DNA from: Eledone cirrhosa
Lineage: Eukaryota
DNA length: 64,000 bases
Direction of reading: 5' to 3'
Assembly: GCA_964016885.1 (NCBI GenBank)
Contig: OZ024747.1
Span: 23,436,001 to 23,500,000, forward strand
The notes below the pieces were generated by a model. That model worked only from the letters and a program-made list of their open reading frames with translations, was not told the DNA's origin and did not search any database. This document shows, piece by piece, positions 14,303 to 28,824 of this stretch (positions are counted from its first letter, which is position 1; every line of letters starts with the position of its first letter). Both the position numbers and the translations under genes were made by a program.

Positions 14303-17300
14303 TTTTCCAACTACATAATATACACATTGCCATGGAGGTTATGGTAACCCATCTGGTTGCCGTCAGATGCAGTTTAACAAAAGAGTCAATTGAAAGCCAC
14401 ATAGGAAAGTTTGCTAAGCTTCAGTTAGATTAATTAAAGGTTTTAAATTTTTATTTGTCAATACAGCCATAGTTAAACAATAACTAAGTGGTACTTCCTT
14501 ACTAAACATTGTGAAAACAAAACTGAAAGGTTAAATGATGTTCCTTTGCTTTGCAAGGAATTGAATCAACACATTTTCCGGTCAGTCGAAGTTTAATGTA
14601 TACATTGAAGAAAAAGAAAAAGAAAAGAATTCCATTTCCGTTAGTTTACTGTAGAACAAACATATTTGCTGTTCATGTCATTACTTGTGATTGTTATAGT
14701 TTAGTTTAGTTTAGTTTTAAAATTGAAGTAGGTTGAATTTACACGAACATGACGTCTAACGCCTGTGTTTCATGACGTTTAAAAAGTTGAGGTATCTCTC
14801 ATTCCTTGTTGCTGTTAGTTCTAAATGAGCTCTCTTCTACGACCAAAAACAGCATGTGATTCTCCACATAGTACCTATCTATGACGTGTTTGATCTAGAA
14901 GCCCAGTTTCGAAGGATCACACCTCATATCACAGAGCTATTAAACTGCTCTGACCGTCATCCAATTAGACTTTACTGCCCATGCCAAAAGTGAATAGATC
15001 TGGCATTCTTTGTTTCTTTATTAAACCTAACTTGGACTAACATCTCTATTTTTCCTTTTCTGTATCCATTGAACTTTTCATATCTTTGTTCAGTCATGCC
15101 ATGGCTAGGATGAGCTTATCTGCTGTGTGATGTAAGCAAGGATGGGTGCAACAGTCTTTGTTAACTGGATCAAACTCGTAAAATGTCTTTCGCCCAAAAT
15201 TCTTGTTTATACGAACTGTTGAAGATAGTCGTTCTACCTAAATAGTACATGAAGTGTGTTGGAGATTATTTCGACTTTTACAACATTAATTAACTTAGAG
15301 AGATATTTCGAAGGATAAAGAAATCAATCAAATATCTGTGTCCATGAGAAGAACTTGATTGAGCACTGCAGACAACTGAAACGCTTTTGAATTATTCTGT
15401 AGCCACAATGTTTGTTGTGAGAAACCTTATTTCCACATGTTTGCTTATTCTAATTTGGTGAATGTGGATAACGGAAAACATCGCAGTGTTCGAAACAAGA
15501 TGATGTATCTTTCTCTTTATCTAATTATATTTTCAATAACTGTATTTTGATATTCTGTAAATCATTCTTTTCTCTCTTCCTGCAGGCAGCACTGGCTTCG
15601 TGGGTAACCATTTTAAAAATTATGGGTGACCTGCAAGGCCCAGATAAAAAATCTGGAAAAGATATTGACGTATGCATATTAATTTATTTGTTTTCCAAAT
15701 AATATTGTATTCCTTTTTAAATCGTATTCCCAGGTGTTGGCTGACGAAGGAATAGATGATTTTGTTTGTTTGTCCTCCGTATCTGTTTTTCCATGTACAG
15801 TTTTCTAATCTTATATATCAGGGGTGTGCAACATATTCCATTGGCGGGTGTGCAACATATTCCATTGGAACAACTATTAGGGCCATTAATATTTATTAAG
15901 TACTATTCCAAAGATTCACAACTTCTTTCCATAACATAGAACTGGGAAATTATAACACACATAACCCTATCAGTGAAGCCAACTAACAGAAAATTGTATT
16001 ACGGTTACGAAAAAAATTCCAAATAAGCCTACAAGGTAAAAATTAAAAAACGGTCATCGTGGGCCACTCTGACTGGTCTGGCTGGCCGGATTGTGGCCCG
16101 CGGGCTGCCTGTTGCACGTCCCTGTTATATATAAATGAAAGTTCTTGCTTTTGCGTGTCCACCTAAAACTCGGAATTTAGCGAGTGGACACCCACAAAAT
16201 TACATATATATTCATTACATCACTGGACAAGTAATGATAACAATTGGTTTGTTTTACAAAACAAGCAATCTATTTAAATTTAATTGTACATATTTCCGTA
16301 TGCATATCGAAAAACCCGGCCATTTTGTTTTATCTTTCTCCATTCTGTAGTGGAAAAGAGAGAGGATGAGAGAGAAATAGAGAGAGGGTTGGGAGATCAA
16401 GAAAGAAAGAATAGGAGAGAGAAAGAAAGAAAAAAGAAAAACACTGAGAGGAAAATACATTCGATGAAATTAAGAGAAAGAGATTTAGAACGAATGACCG
16501 CACCGCTAAAGTTGAAATGGGAGAGTAAAGAAAGAACTGTGTGCGCAACATACCAACACGCATGTAAGCAGCATGGAGTCTTGCATGGGAATAGACATCG
16601 TAAGAATTACCGTATTTCCCGGCGTCGAAGACGCTACTTTTTTCCTAAAATAAGTCTCAAAAATCTACCATGCGTCCTGGAGACCGAAGGTTGTTTATTA
16701 CTTTTTTTTTTTCAAATTTTTGGTTGTCAAAATTAGGGTACATCCTCGCGGACGAAGCGTCTTCGGCGCCGGGATATACGGTAAGACAGTTGTTTGACAA
16801 AATTACAAAGCAGCAGTCACTTGAGTAGCCAGTCAAATAAGACAGTTGTTTGATAAATACAAAATTACAGATCTATTTTTCAGCCCTTCATTCCATATTT
16901 AAGTATGGTCGACATTTTCCCCTTAATCCATATTAAATAAATATTTCATGCTATTACACTTCAAGAGCATCCTCCCCCTTTTCACTGACACAACACCTAA
17001 TGATTCATCTCTCGGCGAAGCATTATATATGCTGACTGTAAACAACACCACTGGACAAAACTTCGAAGCAACACCACTGGACAAAACTAATAATATTTTT
17101 ATCAAGATGATTTGCTTTGAACAAGCGACAATGAAAATTCTGCTATAATTCCTACTTTAGTGCAAATATAGTAATCCTATTTTATAGGTCAAGTCTCTTG
17201 TAATAAGTGCCAACATATACAGCTACTTTCATAAAATACCCAGGCATCTAGGTATCTCTGCTAGTATATGAATGTGTGCGTGTGTTTTTATTTATATATA

Positions 17301-17521
17301 TAGAGATAGATAGAGAGAGAGAGAGAGAGTGGATAAGAATTGCAGCTTTTTGTGAAACTTTATTTCATATTACAATTGTTTCTATATCGATCAGCTCGGG
17401 TTTGATCATGTGATCGGATCCCAACTCTTAGCACAACCCAACAAGAGGCAGACCCTGTAACAGCATCGAGTGCTTCGACCAGCGTCACCGCTAGTAACCA
17501 CAAGTTACTCACATAATAACC

Positions 17522-17593
<72 letters not shown>

Positions 17594-20500
17594 AGTGTAT
17601 GTGTCTGTGTATCGATATATTTTTTATATAATTGTCTTTTCTATCAATTTTCAAGAGCCGACCAATACCATTCTCTTTTATCAAAGAAAACTTTGCTAAA
17701 AAGTTCACTAAAAAGGAAGTTGATGATGCAGTAAAAAAATATACAGAAATGGTGAGTACATGTTTCAAATTGATAACATGACCATTTAGTGTGTGTGAAT
17801 TTAGTTGTTATTGTTTTGTCTTGTTTCACAAAGGGCTGTAGATATTTGATATAGTCAATATCTTGCTTAGTAAAGGCGCGTGCCTTGGTAAGGTTTGAGA
17901 TTCATTAATGGCGACGCATTGTGTCTTTCATCAAGACACATTATTTCACGTTGCTCCAGTCTATTCTATTGGCAAAAATGAGTTGTACTTGTAATTCAAT
18001 CCATGTCTTGTAAGGGGAATTGGTTAGTCGGAAACCGTTTGGAAGCCCGATGGTTGGACTGTACCTGTAATTCAAAGGGGACCAATTTTGTCACACTCTG
18101 TGTTACGTTGAGTCTCCCTGAGAATTACATTAAGTGGCTATGGAATGCTCAGCCACTTACACCTTAATTTCATGATCAGGCTGTTTCGAAACTTCCGATT
18201 AGTTTCATAACACTGATCTTCGAAACTTCCGGTTAGTTTCATAACAAAATTAACGATAATGACATTTCTTTTTTAATTTATGTAAACAGGTAGAATATCC
18301 AAATGCTGATTATAATGAAATCCCTTTCCTGTATACTGGAGATACTATGCTTGAGCAAGTCCAGTTTTTGTGCTGTCTTGGCATGGTGAAGAACAGTCTC
18401 AGGTAAGTTATCCAAATATACTTTCCCTACATTGGAACGTTTAACATTATACATATATATGCATACTCATTCGTCGTCACCTTGTTTTTTGTTTGTTTTT
18501 TCCTTTATAAGCATAAACAGAACACACATACAAATACTCTCACGGGCATGCTTCCAGAATATTAGCAGCTCTACTGTAAGCTTTCGGAGAAGGTATACAG
18601 ACGACTCTATATTTTAATGCGTTGTTTCTTACTGTAACAACCGGTGCAGTGTGTGTGTGACAAGACAGACTTCCAAACCAGTTTCACTCAAAAGGCATAG
18701 CTTGGCCCAAGGTTTTGGAAAATGGCACTTGTCTAACATGCCATACAGTGGGTTCGAACCCGGGACCCCCTTAACCGTTAGGCCATGTTGCATCCAGGGA
18801 TGAATCAATAACTAGACTGTTTATACTCTATAGTGAAAAGTCCTCATTCACACAACGATGGTCGTGGCAGGATGTATTCTTAAGCGTTGTCTTTTTGGAA
18901 CGTACACATTCACAGTGTATCACTGGTACTCAAAGGAAAAGGCTAGTGGTGCAACATTTTTATAAAACACTTTAAATTGAACAATAATATTGATTTCTAA
19001 CGTAAGACAAGAACATTCTTCCTGTTGAAGAAACCAGTGAAATATCCGAAAACAAAACATTTAATTTAACGACATGAAAAGTGAAGTTGAGCTCCGCGGG
19101 CTGCGATCTCAACCTAAAAACAGGCAATTAAATATCGCAGGGGATTCTGTCCGGTTCTATCAATCTCAACAAAAAAATATACTAAATATATATACATAGA
19201 AATCGACAGTCGATCGACTTTCGTCAAATCGGACCGAGGAAACAATGTTTCCATTGGTCTTTCCAATTGCTAATATTATCTATCGGTCGCAACTCCAGGT
19301 AGAAAGAGCACCGTGAAATAAAGTGTCTTGCTCAAGGACATAACGCATCTCTCGGTCCAGGAAATAAACGCACAACCTCACGATTGCGAATCCAATTCTC
19401 TAACCATTCAGCCACGCGCCTTTATATAGAAATATGAATGCTAAATACTCCATGAACCTAAATACACCATGTTGACTTTGTCTAATATGAAATATTAAAA
19501 GAAACTGTGACCTGCTAACACGGTTATATTCAATGAAGCAGTGAAAATAAACTATTTGATCGTAAATAATAATGTAAAATTCAGCGAATGGAAGGGATGA
19601 AATTGTAGCTTGAATTTTTTAAAGACACAGTCTTTATTGAAAACAAGCAAAGCAATTACAACAACAACGATGCATAATGTGAACATAAAAGAAGTTTAAT
19701 GAAACGATTCAAAGGAAAACAAAAATACATTGAGGTATTTAGGTCATAAAATCTTAAGTTGTATCTGTAATCGATCAACATTTTTATCATGTATTTGCAT
19801 TTATGTTTTCTCTCTCTCTCTCTCTCGCAGAGAGAGAGAGAGAGAGAGAGAGACAGAAAGGACTTCTACAGGTTGAGAACTGTTTCATTCGTTTCAATCA
19901 TCAGGACTTTCCTGATGATTTCATACGAATGAAACAATTCCTGTAAAAACAATGTATTTCTCATAGCAAAATAGCATAAATCAGAAACATTTTTTGAGGG
20001 TGGGTGGGTCTGGAGGAATATATGAGTGAAATTAAAATTACTCTTACTAATATTACGACAACTGCTTCTATCGCACCTGAGAGCTAGATGTTGATGTTAA
20101 CCCTTTAGAATTTACATTACTCTATATTTACTATTATATTTTCATGGCAAAGGCTTTACTTCACATAATATCTCACATAATATCGAATTTATGAGATTTT
20201 GATATTATTTATTTTGAGAACAATGCCATAACATAAATATGAGCAGCCAGTTATGGTAGATTTGAAGAGAAAGAGGGGAGAGAATTCTGGCCGGATATGG
20301 CCGGTTTAAATGCTAAAGGCATAAACTAGGTAGCAGATTACGACCACTAGTGTATGTTTGAACAAAAAATACAAAGAACATAAATTTGTCCGTAAGAAAT
20401 AATAAAAACGCAATTTTAAGCAAAAGAAAAAGAAAAACAAAGAATGAAAGAGAGGAGAAGAGTCAGACGAGTGGAAGAGAGTCAGGTGAGTGGAAGAAAG

Positions 20501-23500
20501 AAGTAGTGATGATGGCTGCATTAGTATTGTGGGGTTGTAGAATGTTTGACAGAGGATTTCAGAGCGCCGAAACGAATATCGTAAAACATTCTATCAATTC
20601 TGTCAATTTTTCTTTTCATTTGTGCAAACACATTTCCAAATACTCCTGTGGCATTCTGATATCATTTTTTTTAACAATTCATTGAATTTATTCAAAAACA
20701 AACAAAAAAAAACTTATTTAGTAAGAAAAATTGTTTAAAGGGGAAATAAAAGAAAAGAGAGAAGAGAGAATTATAGGGAAAAAAAGAGAAAAAGAAAGAA
20801 GAAAAAGAACGGGAAAGGGAGGGGATGGCAAGAGCTCTGGTATCGCGGAAGAAAGGTGGTAAGGGGGAGGGAGATTGGGATTTGGCTCTAGGGCAAGGGG
20901 ACAAGTGCTGCGCCCCGCGGACAAGACGCCAAAAGCATTCCCTCGGATGATGGCCAGTGCAACAGCCACCCAGCCTTGCGGGGCCCCTTCCTCAGACGGG
21001 CAGCTGACGCTCCGATCTTGCGGAGGAGCTCGGTAGTACGTGGTCCAAGTACGCCCGAGGTCTCGACGGCGACCGGTGCGAAACGGAAGCGGCCGGACAA
21101 ACCCCTGTATTTGTTTATTTTACGTTCTCCTGCGAGGCGGGGTTTTGTGGCTGAAGCGACTAAGTTAGATGCAGAGAACGTGCCGCTATTGCATCAAATT
21201 TCAATAAGAGTTGTCATTTTGTCTTCTTATACAGGGATGAGATATACTGTCAAGTTCTGAAACAAATGACCCAGAACCCTTCACATAACAGTGTATCCCG
21301 GGGATGGTTGCTGCTCTATTTAATAGTTGGAGTTTTCCATCCAACCGAAACAGTATGTAGACTTTAAACTCTTTGTGATTTCCTTCTGCTAGCAATACCA
21401 ATGTTCTCACTATTATCTGCTTTGCCTCGTTACACCACTTCGTTCATTTATTCTTAACTAACAGCATTTTTCTTCACTTCCTACAATATCATAACTAATT
21501 TCGTCACTTCCTACAATAATATTTTTGTCCTTGATAAGAATGTTTTTTTTTTTAATTGTTATATCTCCACTGCATGATGGTAAGGTGCTTATGTTCGTAA
21601 GGTCGTGAGTTCGATTTCGAGCAGTACGTTGTATCCTTGAGCAAATCACTTCATTTCATGTTGCTCCTGTCCACTCAGCTGGCAAAAATGAGTTGTGTCT
21701 GCAATTCAAAGGGCCAGGCTTGTTATACACTGTGTCACACTGAATGTCCCTGTGAATTATGTTAAGGGTACTGTTTATGGACTGCTTGCACGTTAATTTC
21801 ACGAGCAGGTAGTTCCGTTGATCAAACAACTTGAATACTCGCCGTCAGAGCAGACGGAGTTCCAACACGCACCATTTCTTGTTTAACTATATTTGGTATC
21901 AAAATTAATTTGGTATTAAGTTAGAGACATCGATATAAATACTTATAATAAATTGATTTTTTTTTTTTCTTTTAGTTTTGATTAAATCCGATTTTCTCAC
22001 TATTATCTACTTTGCCTCGTTACTTCCAATTTTTTTTTCCCTCATTACTTCCAATTTATTTATTCAACGTTCTCAGACAATTCCGACACGATTTATTCAT
22101 TCACTCCCATTTGTGTTCGGAAAAAGATTTTAACCAAGACATTAGAATTTACTTCCTCACAGAAAACTTGCTCTACTTTGTCAACTTTCATTTATTAGTG
22201 TTTTGCTTCAAATATAACAAGATTTTAAAAAAATAGTTGCTCCTCTAATATCAATAAAGTTAGTTAACCACTGATCCATGCTTCTGGTTCTGACCACCAA
22301 ACAATTAAAAACTAGTATTAATCCTTTCATTACCGTATTTCTAATGAAATACCCTGCATCTGGCTGTGAGTTAATTTTGAAAATAACCAAAAATTTCGAA
22401 AAATTCAATAAAATAATTGTTCATTAGTAAGCTGATATTCAGAATATTACTGAACAAACATTTCTGAAACAAAATCTTGATGGGAGGTTTTATTTAATAC
22501 AAGAATAAACATTTTAAAATGAGCAGTTTGGGATTATAAATCAAAGGCGGTTTCGTGGTGGGAGGGGTTGGTATCAAAAGGATTAATGTGAGTTTGTTTT
22601 TCTTTTCTTATAAACGACACACAATTTCAGAATCGTTGATGTTTAATACAATTAAAGAATATTTACCAATTTCTATTAACTAAATTGCTTTTTTCTTCTT
22701 GTGTCAACAGCTTATGCCTTGTTTGTTAGCATTTCTTCGCGAATCTCAATTTGATATTGCCTCAAAAATCGAGTACAATCTCCGTCGTGCTTTGCGGAAT
22801 GGCACTCGAAGCTACCCCCCGGGGTGGACTGAGTTTCAGGTAAGCATATTCATTTTGTATAGTTTTCAATTTATATGGAGTATGTGTATCTGAGGTTGAT
22901 GAGCATACGTACATATAGATCTACAGGGTGGTCCGAAAGTCTTGTCATCCCCTACCACGTCTTTTGTCCATGTCGTTATCGCTTAGTTCGTTGACGAATA
23001 TTGGCTTAAACGCTTAAAATTATTATATATTATAATTAATGATATTATAATTAAACAAAAAATAATTGTTTCTACGTTAGGCACAAGGCCAGCAAATACC
23101 CAGTGTATTACTGGTACTTTATTTTATCGACCCCGTAAGGATGAAAGGCAAAGTTAACCTCGGCGGGATTTGAACTCAGAATGGCAAGGGCCGTAACTCT
23201 ATGCGTCAAAGCATGGCGTCCGACCCTCTACCAATACTGCCAATCCACCCAAAAAATAATGAAAGTTAAAACAATATGTAGGGGTGATAAGACTTTCGGA
23301 CCACCCTGTATTATTGTTGAATCTCCGTAGTTTCCGATAACAAGTTGATTCTATCAGCTGGACTTCCTGCTCGTGAAATTAATGTGCAAGTGGCTGAGCA
23401 TTCCATAGGCACGTCCACCCATAACATAGTTCTTAGAGAAGTTCAGTGTGACATAATGTGTGACAAAGCTAGTCACATGAATTATAGATACAAGTGGGCT

Positions 23501-24811
23501 TGGGTCAACGTAAAATAAAGCGCCTGCTGCGAAGTCCGGGAATCGAACTCATGACCCAACGATCCTGAATCGAATACCCTAACGACTAAGCCATGTGCCT
23601 TCACCGTAGATGTATAGATATATTCATATATATTCACTCATTCATATGTATGTACACACACATAGACCACGCATACACAAACACACATATGAGGCTTTTC
23701 CATCAAAAGGGTCGATAAAATAAAGTACCTGTAATGTACTGGGTAATTGCTGGCCTTGTGTCAAAAGTAGAAACAATTATTGTATGGGACGGTGAATTGG
23801 CAGTATCGGTAGAGGGTCGGACGCCATGCTTTCCAGCATAGTTACGTCCCTTTACGATCTGAGTTCAAATCCCGCCGAGGTTAACTTTGCCTTTCATCCT
23901 TACGGGGTCGATAAAATAAAGTACCAGTAATGCACTGGGTAATTGCTGGCCTTGTGCCTAAAGTAGAAACAATTATTGTATGGTCTTTTACGTTCTGAGT
24001 TCAAATCCCGCCGAGGTTAACTTTGCCTTTCATCCTTATGGGATCGATAAAATAAAGTACCAGTAATGCACTGGGGTAATTGCTGGCCTTGTGCCAAAAG
24101 TAGAAACAATTACTGTAACCATTGTGTGATATTCGTTTGTGTAATACATTAATTAAACGAATAGTTTGTTTCCCATATTATCGATACCATATTATCAATT
24201 TCCAGGCCATGAAGAACTACAAACCAATATTTTTACCAGTGACCCTGATGTCAGGAGAACGACTGTTGGTGAGAGTAGATTCTTCAACTACTGTCAAAGA
24301 ATTTTGCACATCCATTGCTAGAAGCTTAGGTCTAAAATCAACAATGGGTTTCTCGATTTTTGCCACTCTTTTTGAAAAGGTAAGAATGTCTAAATACTTT
24401 ATAGAATATAAAACTACCAGTGTAGTACCTATCAAAAATAACAGGCATTATTTCTGCCTTTTTTTTCATTTAGTAATACTTCATGCTTTTTTGCTTCAAG
24501 CTGTTCTCTATTTTCTTGTGTTTCATTTTGTCTTCCTTCCCACGCTCTCTCTCTCTCTCTCTCCCTTTAATATATATATATATGTGTGTATGTGAGTGTG
24601 TGTGTAAAAGGTAAACAGAAATAACTACACAAGCAGGAAGAGGGTCTTAACGTTTCGGACACCAGTCTTTCATCAGAAGAAAGAATGAGAAATAAAATAG
24701 ATTGATGGCACGGGCGGGATGGAATTTGAAAAAATGTCTTTAGATAAAAATAACAGGTCCATTCATGTTGACATCTCTTGCAAAACTGTTGGAGCTGGCG
24801 TTTTGTGTATG

Positions 24812-24876
<65 letters not shown>

Positions 24877-25074
24877 TGAACTTTTTTTGTTTAATATAAG
24901 GAACTGTTTCATTGTTTTATTCATTATTTTTTTAATATTTTATCTTGACTCTGTTTTCCGTTTATCTTTCACCGAAAGAGATTTTTCATTGCATCCCTTC
25001 TTTCCATGATATCCGGATTACATTGAGTTCTTCATACGGATTGGACACTACCGTAAACTCTTGGTAGATTTATC

Positions 25075-25135
<61 letters not shown>

Positions 25136-25463
25136 CCACACATACACGATTCTTTTTATCATTTGATCACTCTCAGTACCTCTGTTATATAACTACATTA
25201 ACTCTCTCTCTCTCTATCTATCTATCTACCTTTCTATTGTAGAACTATGTCTCTCTTCTTTCTTGATGGGAATCTTTAGTTTGAACACCCATTCCCATCT
25301 CAACTCACTTGCCAAACAAGTATCACTCGAAATTCGTACATTTGTGTCTATTTCGACATTAAAAATATATGTGGCGTCTCTTGTTATTTCACAGTTCAGT
25401 TGTTAGACTAATATCGTCTGCCAGAGTAAGAAAATATATTGCCCCCACACACTCACACATATA

Positions 25464-25494
<31 letters not shown>

Positions 25495-25511
25495 GTGTGT
25501 GTGCGTGTGTG

Positions 25512-25588
<77 letters not shown>

Positions 25589-25647
25589 ATATATATATGT
25601 ATGTGTATATATATATATATATATGTATGTGTATATATATATATATA

Positions 25648-25696
<49 letters not shown>

Positions 25697-25707
25697 ATAT
25701 ATATATG

Positions 25708-25754
<47 letters not shown>

Positions 25755-25821
25755 ATATATATGTATGTGTATATATATATATATGTGTGTGTATATATAT
25801 GTATGTGTATATATATATATA

Positions 25822-25856
<35 letters not shown>

Positions 25857-25871
25857 GTGTATATATATATG

Positions 25872-25916
<45 letters not shown>

Positions 25917-25943
25917 ATATATATGTATGTGTATATATATATA

Positions 25944-25996
<53 letters not shown>

Positions 25997-26013
25997 ATAT
26001 ATATATGTATGTG

Positions 26014-26069
<56 letters not shown>

Positions 26070-27514
26070 AATATATATATATAAGCAAAACGGATATTCA
26101 ATTTGTTGGTAATTCAACAAATATAAATGTTTATAACTGATTCAGAGCACTCGACAAGTTTTCTAGAGTATAATATTCAATGATATTAAATAAATGGAAA
26201 CTATATTTATAAAACCATATTTATTCTATTATATATATTTCAAGGGTACCAAAACTTTGGTACGCTTTCATCAGATAAAATACAAAGTTTGTTTTATAAA
26301 TTTTGACATAACCAAGGAAAGATACCTTAACGGTTCAAGTTTTCCTTGGATAGTGAAGGGGAAGGAGAAGAAAAGTCAGATATTTCAAATTATTGAGATG
26401 AGTATGCAAATGAGGTTGAGGTATAGGGCTGGAAAAAACGTTATTTTAGACGCTATGCAGAATTTAAATAATTAGGATATATGTATGTAAGAAGAAGAAA
26501 AAGGAAAAAGAGCTTGTATATACGTTAATTTAAAAGGAATTATTTGGAGGAATGGTGGAATATGATTCCAGAATTTAAATTTATTTAGTTATATTATGAG
26601 TTATATATTGTATATATAATCAATTAGATTATATGAAGAATTATGGTTGTAAGTATATTTTATCTTATTATATTACAATAGGTTATAAGTGTATAAATAT
26701 CTATATAAATTTAATTGTGCATGTATAAGTATTATAGAAATAGAAATAATTTACAATTATTAGTTGTCTATATTTCTATTATGAGTTACGAAGGTGTTGA
26801 TTTTGCATTTTACATAAAAAAAACAGGCGATTCAAGTTGAAAGAGGAGAACAATTTGGTAGATTCGAATATTTGTTCTAACATTGAAAATGTTTTCAGAA
26901 TATTGTTAATTTAGCGAAGTAATATAGTTTATCGTACATATTATTATATCATGTTTATGTTTGCACAATTGAAAAATTATTTCTATTTCTATAATACTTA
27001 TACATGCACAATTATTAATTTATATAGATATTTATACACTTATAACCTATTATAATGTAATAAGATAAAATATACTTACAACCATAATTCTTTATATAAT
27101 CTAATTGATTATATATACAATATTATAACTCATAATATAACTAAATAAATTGTTAATTTCTTTTAAATTAACGTAAATACAAGCTCTTCTTCCTTTTTCT
27201 TCTTCCTACATACATATATCCTAATTATTTAAATTCTGCATAGCGTCTAAAATAACGTTTTTTCCAGCCCTATACCTCAACCTCATTTGCATACTCATTT
27301 TAATAATTTGAAATATCTGACTTTTCTTCTCTTTTCCCTTCACTATCCAAGGAAAACTTGAACCGTTAAGGTATCTTTCCTTGGTTATGTCAAAATTTAT
27401 AAAACAAACTTTGTATTTTATCTGATGAAAGCGTACCAAAGTTTTGGTACCCTTGAAATATATATAATAGAATAAATATTGTTTTATAAATATAGTTTCC
27501 ATTTATTTTATATC

Positions 27515-27553
<39 letters not shown>

Positions 27554-28789
27554 TATAAACGTTTGAATATGTGTAATAAGGCCAAGACAATGCAGGTATG
27601 GACATAGAAAAAAGAATGCAATAGTGAAAGATATTGATGTGAATTCGTCTTTCACCTTGAATTTATATAAATGTCCTTAATTTTCGAGATAATATCTCTT
27701 CTTCGGAGGGAAGTAAAGGTCTCAAACCAGCGTCTTTAAATCTCTAGCCAAGCCATGCTGACCGGAAATAGTATAGAGTATCTGTTCTAACTCTAATATC
27801 AAAGAATTAAAATTAGGTGGATAAAGAGTAGTCTCCCTTTAAGAGGGGTTTGTTTAGGGGTTTTTTTGTGTTTTTTTTTAATTTTATATACGTGTGACAA
27901 ATAGAGTGTGACAAATGCAACAACTTCTACGTAGGTAGCACCACCAGACCACTCCACATAAGAATAAAAGAACACCTCAATACTAACGCTTCCTCATTTA
28001 CGAAACACCTAGTTAAATGCAAAAACACCGATAAAAACATAACAGTTAGGATAGAAACTAAGGAAAGAAACCTCGGCAATCTTAGAATTAAGGAAGCACT
28101 TATTATAGATAGAACACATCCACCAATCAATAATAGACTAGAGCTCAACACCCAATTTATAACCTGATAGGGCCTCTAGCCCCATTTTTACACACCCCAC
28201 ACACACGCACGCGCACACACACACGCTTACACCTCCACTTATTCTCTCTCACACATACACACACAAAACCAGTTCTAACACCAGATAACACCTACCCCCC
28301 ACTTTTACGATTAGACCTATCTTCCCACACTCACACACACACACCCACATACCTACACCTTCATGCATTCTCCCACACACATATACAGGCACGTATATAA
28401 AATTTAAAAAAAAAACCAAAAAAAAAAACCCCCCAAAAAAACCTAAACAAACCCCTCTTAAAGGGAGACTACTCTTTATCCACCTAATTTTAATTCTTTG
28501 ATATTAGAGTTAGAACAGATACTCTATACTATTTCCGGTCAGCATGGCTTGGCTAGAGATTTAAAGACGCTGGTTTGAGACCTTTACTTCCCTCCGAAGA
28601 AGTGATATTATCTCGAAAATTAAGGACATTTATATACATTCAAGGTGAAAGACGAATTCACATCAATATCTTTCACTATTGCATTCTTTTTTCTATGTCC
28701 ATACCTGCATTGTCTTGGCCTTATTACACATATTCAAACGTTTATACCTCATTACACAATGCTTCAAGTGAACTATAACCTCCTCCTTC

Positions 28790-28824
<35 letters not shown>

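Larger units (their letters stand above)
27554..28746 (+). mobile_element. 5'-truncated Penelope-like retroelement with inverted pseudo-LTR (arms 27554-27894 and 28390-28746)
   Basis: Inverted arms flank a GIY-YIG endonuclease remnant; each arm has a hammerhead-like motif (27675-27709 minus, 28591-28625 plus). Confidence 0.85.

Noticed and set aside
12221-14402. Long YI/IY/CI-repeat ORFs (also 25369-26140, 30832-31109, 7309-7562)
   Set aside because: Translations of (TA)n/(TACA)n/(TG)n microsatellites that lack stop codons.
14470-15400. Coding-like, less AT-rich stretch in intron 2
   Set aside because: No open frame of useful length or recognisable motif; exons 2 and 3 join without it. Possibly an old transposon remnant that I cannot classify.
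16284-16736. 150-aa charged ORF that could mimic a myosin SAH
   Set aside because: Made of GA-rich low-complexity DNA plus a MITE, lies inside the MyTH4-1 intron, and is not needed in the exon chain.
26194-27502. Duplicated 93-aa ORF METIFIK...
   Set aside because: Mirror images in the arms of a fold-back element; AT-rich, with no recognisable domain.
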